DNA from: a virus
IMG/VR virus record: IMGVR_UViG_3300049171_000092
Location: 1 to 64,000 of that record
DNA: 64,000 nucleotides
Reading direction: 5' to 3' (one strand)
Below the pieces are notes generated by a model. The model saw nothing but the letters and a program-made list of their open reading frames with translations, was not told the DNA's origin and did not search any database. Positions 52,797 through 61,589 of this stretch are shown here, in pieces; the first letter of the stretch is position 1, and each line of letters opens with the position of its first letter. A program made the translations under genes and the position numbers.

Positions 52797-52817
52797 GCCC
52801 GGCCCAAAACCAGCGGC
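52797..52817 (-). promoter_or_regulatory. Late-cassette motif, copy 9
   Basis: GCCGCTGGTTTTGGGCCGGGC, 29 nt before the start at 52767. CTCCTG/CAGGAG stem at 52777-52797. Confidence 0.6.
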
Positions 52818-52852
52818 GTATTCGATTGTGATGAAAGGAATCTTAGCTGCAT

Positions 52853-52886
52853 GGGCGGGCGGTGAGCTGTGTCAAGCCGCCCGCCC
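52853..52886 (-). terminator. Hairpin upstream of the capsid cassette
   Basis: GGGCGGGCGG / CCGCCCGCCC, 10-bp perfect stem. The loop contains TTGACA. Confidence 0.55.
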
Positions 52887-52895
52887 TTGCAGCGG

Positions 52896-53159
52896 TTAGG
52901 ACGTGGTGGTCGGTTCGGTGTCGGTGGTATCGGCTTGCTCGACGGTGGTGGGGTCCGGCGTTGCGGCCGGCTTTGTTGAGGCGTCGGGATCAGGGTCGAT
53001 GCGGCTGCCGGAGTAGTTACGGGCGACGGTCTTCGCCAGGGCGGGGTCGTGGGTCTGGAAGGCGACCCGTTCCGGGTTGCTGTTGACCATGACCTTGTAC
53101 AGGGTCTGCTGTGTGCCGCTGCGTGCCCGGACGCGGCTGGAGCAGGCGCCGCACGCCAT
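52896..53159 (-). CDS. Small CxxC protein with Thr/Asp/Pro-rich tail
   Basis: MACGACSS...TLYKVMV... Paralog of the next gene. Confidence 0.55.
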   Translation of the reverse strand: MACGACSSRVRARSGTQQTLYKVMVNSNPERVAFQTHDPALAKTVARNYSGSRIDPDPDASTKPAATPDPTTVEQADTTDTEPTTTS

Positions 53160-53311
53160 CAGGCGCCGTCCTTCGGGACTTCGCGGACCTCGCCCTGGTG
53201 CCGAGTGGCCATGGCGTCAGCGGTCGTCTTGTAGGGGGTGGGCCCGAACACGCGGGTGCCGTCCTTGACGACCTCGTACTGCGTCCGGTTTTTCCCGCAG
53301 TTGCATCCCAT
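53159..53311 (-). CDS. Small CxC protein (50 aa), paralog of 52896..53159
   Basis: Below the track cutoff. MGCNCGKNRTQYEVVKDGTRVF... GGAAGGAG SD. TGATG overlap. Confidence 0.45.
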   Translation of the reverse strand: MGCNCGKNRTQYEVVKDGTRVFGPTPYKTTADAMATRHQGEVREVPKDGA

Positions 53312-53314
53312 GGT

Positions 53315-56300
53315 TCAGGCTCCTTCCTGCTGCGGTGCAGCACTGGCGGTCAGGGCGAGGTCGGTCGGTTCGACCAGCGCGGAGAGGGCTTCGAGTTCGG
53401 CGCGCATTCGGGCGCGTTCGGTCTGCCGCTGCTCGAACGCGTCGACGAACCGGTCGAGGAAGGCGGGGCTGGTCAACAGGTCGGCCGCGGCCTGCACAAC
53501 GTCGGTGGCGGGAGCGGTGTCGGCTGCCCGCCTATGCGACGGCTCGGGCTCGACCTCCGGCTCGGCGGTGGTCTCGTGCTCGGCGTCCAGGGTCGCTGCG
53601 GCAGCCGTGAGCGCGAGGTTCGCCCGCTCGACCACGGCGGTCGCGGCCAAGTGCGCGGCAGCGGCCAGCCGGTATCCCGGCTTGAGCGGCGATGAATGCC
53701 CCGGCACTGGGACAGTGAGGACCGCGCGTAGTTCATACTGGCCGCTGCTGCTCTGCGTGAGGTGGTAGCTGGGTTGGCAGCTTCTGAATACCCGAAGATC
53801 CCACTCGCTGATCCAAGGGGCCGCCGCCCCTGAAAACCACAGGCCGCCCTTGTTCTGTCCGACCGTGACGATGGCCGCCACGGTGCCAGAATCGTCGAAT
53901 TGGCAAGCTGCGGTCTCGCACTGCCACCCGTCGCGATGGTGGCCAACGTTCATCGTGAACGCGCCGACCGCGATCATCGTGCCGTCGTCGAGCTCGAACT
54001 CCGCGCGCAGGAAGTGCGAGAAGTCCAGCGGCCCTAGTTTGTCGATCATCACCTTGCGGCCGTAGACAGCGTGCGGCACGCCCGCCTGTGCAACCCAGCC
54101 GTATACGCGGCCGTCCTTGTAGTGGACACCCCCGCTACCGGGCGGCAGTTCCTCCTCGGTCGGCTCACGGAACCACTCGGCAGGCATCGGCGGCTGCTCT
54201 TGCATCACCCGCCAGGCGGAGGCTTCCAGCTCGCTCATGTCGCCGTCGTCGTCGCTGGTGTCGTCGTCCCACGGTGGCCGGATGCTCGGGTCGTCGAATG
54301 CGGTGGCCAGGCTTTCGTACAGGTCGTCGACGTGTTCGCGGATCTGTTCCTGTTCGTTCTCGGGGATGTCGACGCCGCCGCGCGCACCGGACAGGGCACC
54401 GGCGACGGCGTACACGCCGCTCGCGACGATCTCCAGCCGCGGGCCGTCACCGGTGTCGAAGACGTCGGCGAAGCCCAGCTTGTAGGCGGTGAGGGTCGCC
54501 GGGTCGGCGTCCGGATCGCGGTAGAGGAAGGCCCGGCCGAGGGCGTCGGCGTCGACGGTGCCGTCGTCGCCGGTGGCCCAGTCGAGGACGCGGGAGGCTG
54601 CGGCGTCGCCGTCCCACTCGGCGTCACGCTTCGCGTGTACGGGCAGGCCGAGGTCGCCGGAGGCCGCCGCGATCATCTCCCCTTCAGGGATCGACGAGGG
54701 GGCGGTGTACAGGCCGCGGCCGATCCGCAGAACCCGGCCGTCGCGGACGGCAGTGCGCAGGTGCCGCTTGGTCGTCGACACGGTCAGGCCGAGCGCGTCG
54801 GCGACCTCACGGGCGCCGACCGGTACCGGTGACGTGCAGACGTGCCCGATGACCCGCTCGAGGTCGTCGCCCGCCGCCGCGGCCACTTCCGTGACCGGCT
54901 CTTCCTCGTCGACCGGCTGCTCGGCAGTGGGGTCGAGGACGATGCGGGCCTTGTCGTAGGCCGGCATGGCGACCAGGGTGGCGCCCCTGACCCGGGCGCG
55001 GGTGATCCGCACGAGAAGGTCGCCCGAGTTCTCAGTGTGGACGACGGTCCCGGACTGAGGGTTGTCGGGGTCACCGGCTGCTGCGGTGAGCGCGCCGGGG
55101 AACAGGGCGCGGGCGGCGTCGGCGGGGATGCGTCCGCCGGGCCCGGAGATGACCGACGCTGTCCGGGTGCTGCTCTGCATCGCGGCGCCGGACGCGGTCC
55201 ACTCGGGGGTGCTGCTCGCGGTGATCATCCATCCGCCGTCGTGCAGGGGCAGGACGGATGCGCGGGCGTAGGAGGCGGCGGCGAGGACAAGGTCGTTGTC
55301 CTCGCCCTCGTTCTCTCCGCTGCTCGTGTTGTCGACCAGTTCGATGTCGACGTCGTCGAGGTCGACGGACACGCCGAGCGGGGCGCCCTGCCGCAGCAGC
55401 ATCGCGGCCTCGGCGCCTGCGCGCTGCATCAGGTACAGGACGCCCGTGCCGGTGAGGCGCGGGCCGTCGATGTCCATCTCCTGGATGGCGCCGGCGAGTT
55501 CCGCGCCGTCGTGGCCGGCTCCCATCTCGTCGGCGTACTGCAGGGGCCACGGCCCGCCCTCCCAGTAGAGGGAGCCCTCGGCGAAGACTCGGCCGTCGCC
55601 GGTCTGCTGGCCGATGAACGCGAGGGCGGCGTCCCCGGGGGTGGACCAGGTGAGGATCGGTGGCGGGTCGTCCGCCGCGGCGGCTGTGGTGTGGGATTCA
55701 CGCACGAGGTTTCCCTCTCCTGCTGGGCTGGTGGCGGCGCTCTGCTCGGTGTCGGCCCGCGCGAGGGCGAGGACGCAGCGGCAGTTGACGGTTAGGGCTG
55801 CTGAGGCGGTGGGGTCGCCGGGGTAGGCCATGTCGACGCCGCCCACTCGGAAGGGCTCGTCGAGGAGTTGCAGTTGGGCGTCGGCGTCGGCGTGGGTTTC
55901 GCGGACGCGCTGGTCGTGGCGGGTGATCCACTGTTTGACGAGGGGCCGGTCCGGGCCGGTGAGCGCCTGCGCGGCTGCCAGGGTCGCGGCGTTCCAGACG
56001 CGCGTGGACTCGGTGCGGGCGATGCGTTCCTCGCGGGTCTCCCCCAGCTGGGCGCCGTCGGCGGAGAACAGGGCACGCAGCCGGGTGCGCAGGGCCTCGG
56101 TGTCTTCGCCGGCGTCGAGGCCTTCGGCGAGCGCGGTGATGGCGGCTTCGGTGAGCCGGTCGCCGACGGCGCGCAGCAGGTGCTCGGTGGCCTCGGCGTA
56201 GTCGCCGAGAGACGGGGGGAGGGTGTCGTCGTCGTACCGGCCGGGCAGGTCGGTCCAGTCGTCGGGCAGTTCACCGTCTACATCGGCCGCGGCCTGCTGG

Positions 56301-56521
56301 CCTGCGGTTTGGGCGACGCGGAAGAGGCGCCGCATGATGCGCGGCACTCGCTGCGCCCACATGCTGGTGATGCGGCTGAGGGAGAACCGGGCGGCGACGA
56401 TCTCCGTCGCGTCCTCCAGTTCCGCGGCGATCTCGTCGGCGAGTTCGTCGAGGACGACCCGGACTTCGTCGGTTACCTGCTGCTCGGCGGTCTGGAGGAG
56501 CTGCTCCAGGTCGTCATCCAC
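53315..56521 (-). CDS. MuF-like head morphogenesis / capsid maturation protease / scaffold fusion protein
   Basis: N-terminus RIARTESTRVWN...W..RHDQRVRETH...PGDP...NCRC (MuF/SPP1 gp7-like). Central and C-terminal protease-like blocks (VHYKDGRVYGWVAQAG..H; FTMNVGHH). Helical Ala-rich tail. GTG 56519-56521 with a GGAGG SD. Confidence 0.75.
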   Translation of the reverse strand: MDDDLEQLLQTAEQQVTDEVRVVLDELADEIAAELEDATEIVAARFSLSRITSMWAQRVPRIMRRLFRVAQTAGQQAAADVDGELPDDWTDLPGRYDDDTLPPSLGDYAEATEHLLRAVGDRLTEAAITALAEGLDAGEDTEALRTRLRALFSADGAQLGETREERIARTESTRVWNAATLAAAQALTGPDRPLVKQWITRHDQRVRETHADADAQLQLLDEPFRVGGVDMAYPGDPTASAALTVNCRCVLALARADTEQSAATSPAGEGNLVRESHTTAAAADDPPPILTWSTPGDAALAFIGQQTGDGRVFAEGSLYWEGGPWPLQYADEMGAGHDGAELAGAIQEMDIDGPRLTGTGVLYLMQRAGAEAAMLLRQGAPLGVSVDLDDVDIELVDNTSSGENEGEDNDLVLAAASYARASVLPLHDGGWMITASSTPEWTASGAAMQSSTRTASVISGPGGRIPADAARALFPGALTAAAGDPDNPQSGTVVHTENSGDLLVRITRARVRGATLVAMPAYDKARIVLDPTAEQPVDEEEPVTEVAAAAGDDLERVIGHVCTSPVPVGAREVADALGLTVSTTKRHLRTAVRDGRVLRIGRGLYTAPSSIPEGEMIAAASGDLGLPVHAKRDAEWDGDAAASRVLDWATGDDGTVDADALGRAFLYRDPDADPATLTAYKLGFADVFDTGDGPRLEIVASGVYAVAGALSGARGGVDIPENEQEQIREHVDDLYESLATAFDDPSIRPPWDDDTSDDDGDMSELEASAWRVMQEQPPMPAEWFREPTEEELPPGSGGVHYKDGRVYGWVAQAGVPHAVYGRKVMIDKLGPLDFSHFLRAEFELDDGTMIAVGAFTMNVGHHRDGWQCETAACQFDDSGTVAAIVTVGQNKGGLWFSGAAAPWISEWDLRVFRSCQPSYHLTQSSSGQYELRAVLTVPVPGHSSPLKPGYRLAAAAHLAATAVVERANLALTAAAATLDAEHETTAEPEVEPEPSHRRAADTAPATDVVQAAADLLTSPAFLDRFVDAFEQRQTERARMRAELEALSALVEPTDLALTASAAPQQEGA

Positions 56522-56714
56522 GGCGGGCCTCCGGGTCGTCGGGGTCGTCGCAGATGATGCAGCCGGTGACGGTGCCGACGACCGTGACACCGTCCGTCCC
56601 GATGGTCACCAGGTCGGCGGTGAAGGCGGTGTACGCCTTGCAGACGGCGCACCACAGGTCGCCGTGGACGTTGGCTACGTCCAGGCGGAGTGTCGCGGTC
56701 TGTCGCCTGTTCAT
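56514..56714 (-). CDS. Hypothetical small protein
   Basis: Trimmed to ATG 56712-56714 (ATGA overlap with the portal stop). Confidence 0.5.
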   Translation of the reverse strand: MNRRQTATLRLDVANVHGDLWCAVCKAYTAFTADLVTIGTDGVTVVGTVTGCIICDDPDDPEARRG

Positions 56715-58423
56715 GCCGCGTTCGCCTGGCAGGGGTGTCGCATGATGCGGGCGGTGTCCTCGAAGCTGTGGGGCATGCGGGCGGCGATCAGGGCGCGGGC
56801 GTAGTCGTCGAGCTGCCGTGTCAGACAGTCCGGGTCGAGCCCATAGCGCTTCGCAATCTCCGGGACCCGCGTCCACGCCCCGTCGAACAGACGCCACTCG
56901 TCGACAAGCTCGGGGTCGACGGGGTAGGCGGTGTGGAGTTCGGCGGGCGCGATCTCGCGGGCGCGGGCACGCTCCGGGCGCGGGCACACCGGCCGGTTCC
57001 GCAGGCGCGTGCCGGCGGCGTAGAGGGCGTTGTAGATGATGCCGTCGACGGCGGCGAGAACCTCGGCCGGAAGGTTCAGCGAGGTGGGGGCCGCGGCGGC
57101 GGGCAGGGTGTCGGGCAGGTCCTGGGTTTCGCTCACGGGCAGAGTGGTCACGGTGTTGTCGCCTTCGTTGTCGGTCGCCTCGTCGTCGGCGTCGCTGGCT
57201 GGTGCGGTGGGGGCGTCGGACTCGTCGAAACCGGTCTCGCGGCGGGCCGCGGCAGCCGAGATCAGACCGGCCTGGAACGCCTCAAGGGCGGTGGCGGCGC
57301 GGTTGGCCTGGACACGGAGCTGACTGGTGTCGTGCCAGACGAGCCACTCGGCGGCGTCGGTGGCGCCTTGGGCCTCAAGGAGGGGGCGCAGCCACTGAGT
57401 GGTGAGCGCATTCGAGACGAGGGTGAGGCGCGGCTCGACGCCGAGACGGACGCCCTCGGCGGACGCGAGCCAGGCGCCCCAATGGTTGAGGCCGCCCATA
57501 CCAAGAAGCACTTCGGGCGGGGTCTCCAGGCCCGTGGCGAAGCGGCGGATGCACTCGTCCCGCAGCTTGATGGCGATCTCGTCGAAGTCGCTCTCGAACT
57601 TCAGGTGCTGGATCTGCCCGATCATCTCCCCGGGGACTTGCAGGATGATCGGCACCGTGCCCGCTGCGGACTCGGGTTCGCGGTAGGCCGTGGAGGCGAC
57701 TTCCATGAACACGTCGACGAGGTCGTCTTGCGCTTCTTGGCCGGGCGCGGTGGGGAAGGTGACGCCGGTCGGGAAGAGGAGGACGCCGCGGCCGACGAGC
57801 CGGGAGCGGGCAGCGGCAGCTACGGCGGCGTTGAGGAGGCGGAGTTCCTCGAGGACGACCAGCGACGATCGCACGGGGCTGTCGGCTTCGATGTGCCGGC
57901 GGGGGTGGGGGTCCCATACGCGGATCGCGACTGGAGTGTCGGGGTCGGCTGTCGCGTCGGGGTCGTAGGGCGGGATCTCGACTTCGTCTCCGTCGATCTC
58001 CGCGGTCATGGTGCCCTGCTGCTGCTTGACCTCGGCGACGGACAGCACCCGCCAGTCCGCGTCGCCGGTCTCGGTCGGGCGGATGATGATCCATGCTTCG
58101 CCCGCGACGACGAGGTGCGGGCCGAACTCGGCGAGGAACTGGGACTGCCCTCCGGGGCCGCCCGCGATCTGGGAGACGATCTCTGCGGCCGGGTGCCCGT
58201 CGGGGGCTTTCTCGATGGTGCCGTCTTCGAGGCGCCGGCCGGCGTAGAGGCGGGCGCCTCCCATGGCGTTGCCGATCCAGGTGGCGGCGAATCGGACTTC
58301 GGGGATGACGCTGAAGAGGTCCCAGGCTTCGTCCTGCCAGCCGCCGCCGTTGTTGGTCGTCTTCTGTCTGCCGAGTTTGCGGGTGGTGAACCGTGAGGCG
58401 GCGGCGGTGAGTTGGCGGATCAC
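56711..58423 (-). CDS. Portal protein
   Basis: 570 aa, between terL and the MuF/protease gene. Start GTG 58421-58423 chosen at the stop of the upstream gene. Confidence 0.8.
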   Translation of the reverse strand: MIRQLTAAASRFTTRKLGRQKTTNNGGGWQDEAWDLFSVIPEVRFAATWIGNAMGGARLYAGRRLEDGTIEKAPDGHPAAEIVSQIAGGPGGQSQFLAEFGPHLVVAGEAWIIIRPTETGDADWRVLSVAEVKQQQGTMTAEIDGDEVEIPPYDPDATADPDTPVAIRVWDPHPRRHIEADSPVRSSLVVLEELRLLNAAVAAAARSRLVGRGVLLFPTGVTFPTAPGQEAQDDLVDVFMEVASTAYREPESAAGTVPIILQVPGEMIGQIQHLKFESDFDEIAIKLRDECIRRFATGLETPPEVLLGMGGLNHWGAWLASAEGVRLGVEPRLTLVSNALTTQWLRPLLEAQGATDAAEWLVWHDTSQLRVQANRAATALEAFQAGLISAAAARRETGFDESDAPTAPASDADDEATDNEGDNTVTTLPVSETQDLPDTLPAAAAPTSLNLPAEVLAAVDGIIYNALYAAGTRLRNRPVCPRPERARAREIAPAELHTAYPVDPELVDEWRLFDGAWTRVPEIAKRYGLDPDCLTRQLDDYARALIAARMPHSFEDTARIMRHPCQANAA

Positions 58424-58743
58424 TACGCGGTCCAGGTGTCGTCGCGTCGGTTGAGTAGCGCCTGGATGCCGGAGATCGCGAACCAGAGGAGACCGAACTG
58501 GACGAGCAGGTTGTCGCGCCAGAACCACCACGCGGTGAGGACGGCGCCGGACAGCCAGAAGCCGAGGCAGTAGATGCAGGAGATCAGCTGCATGAGGAAC
58601 TTACGGGGTCGGCTGTCGAGTTTGTTGGCGTGCCAGGTGGCGAGGCGTTCGCGTGCGGGGTCGAGGATCGTGTCGTGGACGCCGAGTTGGGTGGCGCGGT
58701 AGGCCGCGGCGCCGAGGAGCGCGAGTTCCGGGAGTGATATCAA
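58423..58743 (-). CDS. DUF1360-like membrane protein
   Basis: AYRATQL..HD.I..P.R......L..C.YC.G.W pattern with hydrophobic helices. TTG start. Confidence 0.6.
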   Translation of the reverse strand: MISLPELALLGAAAYRATQLGVHDTILDPARERLATWHANKLDSRPRKFLMQLISCIYCLGFWLSGAVLTAWWFWRDNLLVQFGLLWFAISGIQALLNRRDDTWTA

Positions 58744-58861
58744 GGCCGCCCCCTGCTGAAGATCCTGCGGTATCGGCGACCACTATAAGCCTATGGCCGG
58801 AAAATCTTCCGTTGGAGACTCTTCGGGCCGGAGTATCTACAGATCGAGGGTGGAGGGACGG

Positions 58862-60238
58862 TTACTTCCCGAAGATGGGCCGCGCGTACCGGGACCCGCC
58901 CGCCGTCTGCCGGGACGGGCCTCGCCGCGTAGGCGACTGCACCTGGGCCGCCCCCACCAGATCCACCGCGGCGACCATGTACCGCATCGCGTCCATGCCG
59001 TGGTCGTCCTGCTTCAGCGGCTGCTCCTTCAGCCCTCCAGCCGCGCCCGGCTTGACCGCCCACACATAGCTGTTGATCTCCTCGGCGGTGGACGTCGGCT
59101 TGCCCGCGTCGGCGAGGTCCTGGTCCCGGTCGACCACGGAGTCCCGCAGGATGAACAGGCGCGGCTTGCCGTCGCCGGCCGGGCGGATCCGGGTCTGCAC
59201 GGCTTGAATGCCTGGGGAGACCGTCTTCTTTGCGGCAGTCGTAACGAGGCCGGAGTGCCTTTCGAAGGTGGCCCGGTCTTCGGCGTCGTGGTCGCAGACC
59301 ACCGCGGCTGGGTGCGGTTCGCCGGTCTCGCCGATGATCCGCTTTGCCTGCTTGGCGTGATCCTCGGCGAGCACCCGTGTCCTGTAGATCTCCCGGTACA
59401 GGTACAGGCGCCCGTCCCCGTCCTGTGCCCACCACTGGATCACCATGGGGTTCGTGAAGCCGAAGTCGATCGACATGTACCGCTGCCAGGCATCTGGGAC
59501 GTCGAACCGGTCGACCACGTGGACGGCGTCCTGCCACTCGTCGTAGATGATCCCCTCGGCGCTGACCCACTTGCCCCACCGCAGACGCTGGTAGCGCGGC
59601 CCGGTGAGGCTGTCCAGGCGCGCCAGGTAGGCCTTGCCGTAGTCGGTCCATTCGCCGTTTTGGTAGAGGCGGGGGTTGTCTTCGTGGCGGCTGTAGAGGA
59701 TGCGGCACCGGCCGGCGTCCGCCCGCAGTTTCAGGTGGTGGGAGGGTGGGCCGGGGTTGGTGCACATGATCAGCCGCTGGAGTGGGAGCACTCCGTTGCG
59801 GAGGCGGGACACGATCGTGTCGAGGTCTTCGGCTGTCACTTCGATCGCTTCGTCGACCAGGACGAGGTCGAATTCGGTGGACAGCAGCTTGGTGGGTCGG
59901 TCGAGGCCGCCGACGACGATGACGCTGCCGTTGGCGTACCGGTAGCTGGCGGGCTCCTGCGCCGACCCACCGAAGAAGTGCAGCAGGCCCGCAGCGATGG
60001 CTTCCTTCGCGACTTTCTCCCGGAAGCTGACCAGGGTCGACGACGTGAGTGAAGCATGGGTTTTACGGACGATCAGCGCGCGGGTGTGCGGGTTGTCGAG
60101 GCACTGGAGGTGCACGTACATGAGCGCGCCCACGCTCTTGCCCGTGCCTGCCGCACCGGAGAGGAGGATTTCGGTGTCCGTGGACCGGAAGAGTTCGCGG
60201 ACGGCGCCGCGGGCTTCGAACGTGACGGTGTCAGGCAT
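58862..60238 (-). CDS. terL: Terminase large subunit
   Basis: Walker A GAAGTGKS. Walker B LVLVDE. C-terminal nuclease-like DHGMDAMRY. Confidence 0.93.
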   Translation of the reverse strand: MPDTVTFEARGAVRELFRSTDTEILLSGAAGTGKSVGALMYVHLQCLDNPHTRALIVRKTHASLTSSTLVSFREKVAKEAIAAGLLHFFGGSAQEPASYRYANGSVIVVGGLDRPTKLLSTEFDLVLVDEAIEVTAEDLDTIVSRLRNGVLPLQRLIMCTNPGPPSHHLKLRADAGRCRILYSRHEDNPRLYQNGEWTDYGKAYLARLDSLTGPRYQRLRWGKWVSAEGIIYDEWQDAVHVVDRFDVPDAWQRYMSIDFGFTNPMVIQWWAQDGDGRLYLYREIYRTRVLAEDHAKQAKRIIGETGEPHPAAVVCDHDAEDRATFERHSGLVTTAAKKTVSPGIQAVQTRIRPAGDGKPRLFILRDSVVDRDQDLADAGKPTSTAEEINSYVWAVKPGAAGGLKEQPLKQDDHGMDAMRYMVAAVDLVGAAQVQSPTRRGPSRQTAGGSRYARPIFGK

Positions 60239-60725
60239 CGGGTGCGTCGTTTGCGAGGCCGATGATTTCGTATCGGACGCCGCCGGCTACGTCGATTTTC
60301 TGGCGTGCGTCGAGGCCGAAGAGGCGCCGGTAGCTTTCGCGGACCTTGACGAGCCGGTCGATCGCGGCGAGCTTCGGCCCGTCGTCCGGGAGCGGGTTGC
60401 CGTCGTCGTCTGTGACGATCCGGCCGTGGGACACCATGACGTGGTCGCGGTGGAGGACGTCCAGGGCTTCCTCGTAGAGGCTGTCGAGGCGTGCGGCTTC
60501 CTGCCGGATCAGGGCTTCGGCGGGGCCTTGGACGATTTCGCGGAGGGCGCGTTGGATGGCTTGGCGGGCGTTGGATTTGTCGGTGTAGCCGAGTTCGTCG
60601 GCGATCTGCTGGAGTGTCCAGCCTTCGGCGCGGAGTTGGGCGGCGCGGGCGTCACGTTCCGCGGTTTCGGGGGTGCGTATGTAGCGACCTTTGCCGTCTC
60701 GGGCGTTGTCGGGCGGTGAACTCAC
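60231..60725 (-). CDS. terS: Terminase small subunit (HTH)
   Basis: Immediately upstream of and overlapping terL. AEGWTLQQIADELGYTDKSNARQAIQRAL HTH. GTG start with a GGAGG SD. Confidence 0.68.
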   Translation of the reverse strand: MSSPPDNARDGKGRYIRTPETAERDARAAQLRAEGWTLQQIADELGYTDKSNARQAIQRALREIVQGPAEALIRQEAARLDSLYEEALDVLHRDHVMVSHGRIVTDDDGNPLPDDGPKLAAIDRLVKVRESYRRLFGLDARQKIDVAGGVRYEIIGLANDAPDA

Positions 60726-60747
60726 GGGTGCCGCCTCCGCTCACGGG

Positions 60748-60776
60748 GTTACTGACTGATCACATCAGATGGTAAC
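60748..60776. promoter_or_regulatory. 29-bp near-palindrome upstream of terS (packaging or regulatory site candidate)
   Basis: GTTACTGACTGATCACATCAGATGGTAAC in a lower-GC gap. Confidence 0.4.
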
Positions 60777-60808
60777 GATCCGCGGCGTGGCTGGTGGGCG
60801 GGCATGTG

Positions 60809-60840
60809 TGTGGGCCCGCACCAGACGGCGCGGGCCCACA
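60809..60840 (-). terminator. Hairpin separating late-early genes from terS
   Basis: TGTGGGCCCGC / GCGGGCCCACA, 11-bp stem. Confidence 0.55.
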
Positions 60841-60860
60841 GGGGGTGGTCAGGCTGCTTC

Positions 60861-61010
60861 TCATTTCTCAGTAGCGCAGTCGGGGGTCTGCGGCGGCTTG
60901 ATGCAGGGGTGGGGTTCGGTGGCCTCGTACACGCCGGGCCGAACCTGGACGGCGGGGGCAAGGTGGCAGTGGCAGGGGATCACGGTGCGGCAGTCTCGGC
61001 AGAGGGCCAT
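60861..61010 (-). CDS. Cys-rich mini-protein (49 aa) ending ...TEK
   Basis: Below the track cutoff. MALCRDCRTVIPCHCH...PDCATEK. High GC3. ATG lies 7 nt after the upstream stop. Confidence 0.4.
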   Translation of the reverse strand: MALCRDCRTVIPCHCHLAPAVQVRPGVYEATEPHPCIKPPQTPDCATEK

Positions 61011-61017
61011 GACGTGC

Positions 61018-61290
61018 TCACTTCTCGGTGGCGCGGCCGGCGTCGATGTCCCGCTCGGTCTCGTACAGTTCGACGGCTTCCCGTGTCGCGGTCAGGCGCA
61101 CTGCGCTGTCGGCGATCTGCCGGACTTGCTCGACGATCTGGCGCAGGCCGGGCGCGTCGACGCGCCCAGCTGATACGTCCTGTGCGAAGCGGGTGAGGGC
61201 GTCGCCGGTGTCCTGTGCTTGGAGGGCGAGGCGGGCCTGCTCGTCGCTCATCCTCTTGGTGAGCATGCGGTACGCCATGGACTCGGTCAT
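61018..61290 (-). CDS. Hypothetical protein ending ...TEK
   Basis: Trimmed to ATG 61288-61290. 3' end is ACCGAGAAGTGAGC. Confidence 0.55.
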   Translation of the reverse strand: MTESMAYRMLTKRMSDEQARLALQAQDTGDALTRFAQDVSAGRVDAPGLRQIVEQVRQIADSAVRLTATREAVELYETERDIDAGRATEK

Positions 61291-61589
61291 CGGTTCTCCT
61301 TCGCAGTGGCCCATCGTTGCCATGCGGCAAGTCCGCGGGCGGCGGCCTGCTCGATGGTGGTCTCGCGCCGGCTGCTGCCGGATGGGCCGAGAGCGGCGAG
61401 CCACCACGTCCACCCGTTGCGGCCCGTGCGGGAGGTGCCGCTGTAGGACGGGGCGATCACGACGAGCACCTCCCCGTCGCCGGTGACGACGTGCCAGTGC
61501 CGGGTGTCCCGCCAGTCCGGAGCCTTCACCAGGTCGGCGGCTTCGATCACCTCGCGGGCCCGGCGGGCAGACATCGGGCGGCGGGTCAC
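61287..61589 (-). CDS. Hypothetical protein
   Basis: 100-aa track ORF, GTG in a GTGA overlap. Confidence 0.55.
   Translation of the reverse strand: MTRRPMSARRAREVIEAADLVKAPDWRDTRHWHVVTGDGEVLVVIAPSYSGTSRTGRNGWTWWLAALGPSGSSRRETTIEQAAARGLAAWQRWATAKENR

Noticed and set aside
58744-58861. Degenerate reverse-orientation match to the 21-nt motif (CTTCGGGCCGGAG) between terL and the DUF1360-like gene
   Set aside because: Only about 9 nt match, on the opposite strand. The gap more likely holds an ordinary promoter (TATAGT on the coding strand).
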